Shown in pieces: positions 63,230-64,000 of a stretch of DNA of 64,000 nt. The translations under genes were made by a program, and so were the position numbers. Source of the DNA: Adineta vaga (Eukaryota; Animalia; Rotifera). Position 1 is the stretch's first letter; each line of letters opens with the position of its first letter. The notes under the pieces are model-generated. The model was not told the origin of the DNA, ran no database searches, and was given only the letters and a program-made list of their open reading frames with translations. The stretch covers positions 8,866,001-8,930,000 of the forward strand of contig CP075497.1 of the NCBI GenBank assembly GCA_021613535.1, in the 5' to 3' direction.

Positions 63230-64000
63230 TTATCTTTTTTTGCATTTAAAGAAAGCAATAACTGCAATAGTACCAACTCCTAATACAGCTACGATAATTC
63301 CAACAATCACAAAAGTTATGTCATTGTGTTTAGCTTTCTTTTCACCTTCTTCCAATGCAACAGCCGCCTCATAAACATCGTCCGCATTTTCAATAATAGT
63401 ATCTGTCATACCATCAATCTTTACAATACCATTATTACTTTGTATTGGTACTTCATTTGTCTTATTTTGTCCAATGTCAACTATGATCTTAACATGTACA
63501 TTATTCAGTACTGCAAATTCTTTCACTTCTGGTTCTTTCCATTTAACTTTCCTATCAAATATTAATTTATCTAAATTTCCACCTAAATCAGTAATAAGTT
63601 TAACAATATCTTTTCGACTACCAAGTGTTGCAACTAGAGTTTTCGCATCTTGTGGTTTAAGAGCGTGTCGTGTTTTTTCATCAACAATATTTTGTGTTAA
63701 ACCATTAATATCGACAATATTCTCCACAAATGTTTGACACATATTATTGTTACCTGCATCGTATGTATAAAATTTTTTATCAATATTCGATGCAGTTGTT
63801 ATTAGACGATTTAACGTTAAAATTTTATTTGATGTTAATGGAATATCAAACAAATCGATAAATTCTGTAGGAAAAGTTGGTTTTATAAGACGAACACGAT
63901 GAGCTTTTTCAAGTTTATAAACAGTAGTACCAATAGCATCTTTTTCTGATTGAAATAAATTTTGTAATACAGATAGATTATTCTTATTTTGAATAGTAAT
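63230..64000 (-). CDS. Permuted papain-like (PPPDE/LRAT-type) domain protein with C-terminal TM anchor; 5' end outside the window
   Basis: Frame is open from 64000 to the stop at 63230: VYKLEKAHRVRL..ILTLNRLITTA..KFYTYDAGNNNMCQTFVENIV (Yx5-6NC-type motif with one inserted residue), then TM ITFVIVGIIVAVLGVGTIAVIAFF followed by KCKKR. Confidence 0.6.
   Translation of the reverse strand: MTIQNKNNLSVLQNLFQSEKDAIGTTVYKLEKAHRVRLIKPTFPTEFIDLFDIPLTSNKILTLNRLITTASNIDKKFYTYDAGNNNMCQTFVENIVDINGLTQNIVDEKTRHALKPQDAKTLVATLGSRKDIVKLITDLGGNLDKLIFDRKVKWKEPEVKEFAVLNNVHVKIIVDIGQNKTNEVPIQSNNGIVKIDGMTDTIIENADDVYEAAVALEEGEKKAKHNDITFVIVGIIVAVLGVGTIAVIAFFKCKKR

Noticed and set aside
1-64000. tRNA, rRNA or SL-RNA genes
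   Set aside because: No cloverleaf or rRNA-like segment was recognised by eye; a covariance-model search would be needed to exclude small RNAs.

Overview
AT-rich, gene-dense eukaryotic DNA with many short (~50-60 nt) GT-AG introns. Conserved metazoan genes sit alongside apparently foreign (bacterial/fungal-like) genes, a pattern most consistent with a bdelloid rotifer; this is an inference and was not checked against a database. Metazoan core genes recognised after splicing by eye are SSBP/SSDP (partial), a dual-specificity phosphatase, two tandem polycystin-2 channels, innexin, a ZAD-like/C2H2 zinc-finger factor, TFIIA-gamma, a compact 53BP1, tankyrase, EBAG9/RCAS1, stomatin and SMC4. Candidate horizontally acquired genes are a YghA/YhdF-type SDR (10 introns), an RTA1 exporter (2 introns), intronless carboxylesterase, SGNH hydrolase and BNR_4 beta-propeller genes, an FG-GAP relic and a permuted-papain-like membrane protein at the right edge. 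A 373-bp non-autonomous piggyBac-type element is also present. The most notable structure is SMC4 followed by three immunity-related GTPase (IRG/p47)-like genes. These four genes are co-oriented, only 113-179 bp apart, and each IRG start codon is preceded by an apparently unpaired splice acceptor, suggesting a trans-spliced operon; TFIIA-gamma followed by 53BP1 shows the same layout. All three IRG-like proteins lack the canonical G4 lysine. Several 1-2 nt lesions, including one in the essential SMC4, suggest consensus errors, so pseudogene calls need caution. Exon boundaries were read by eye and may be off by a few bases.
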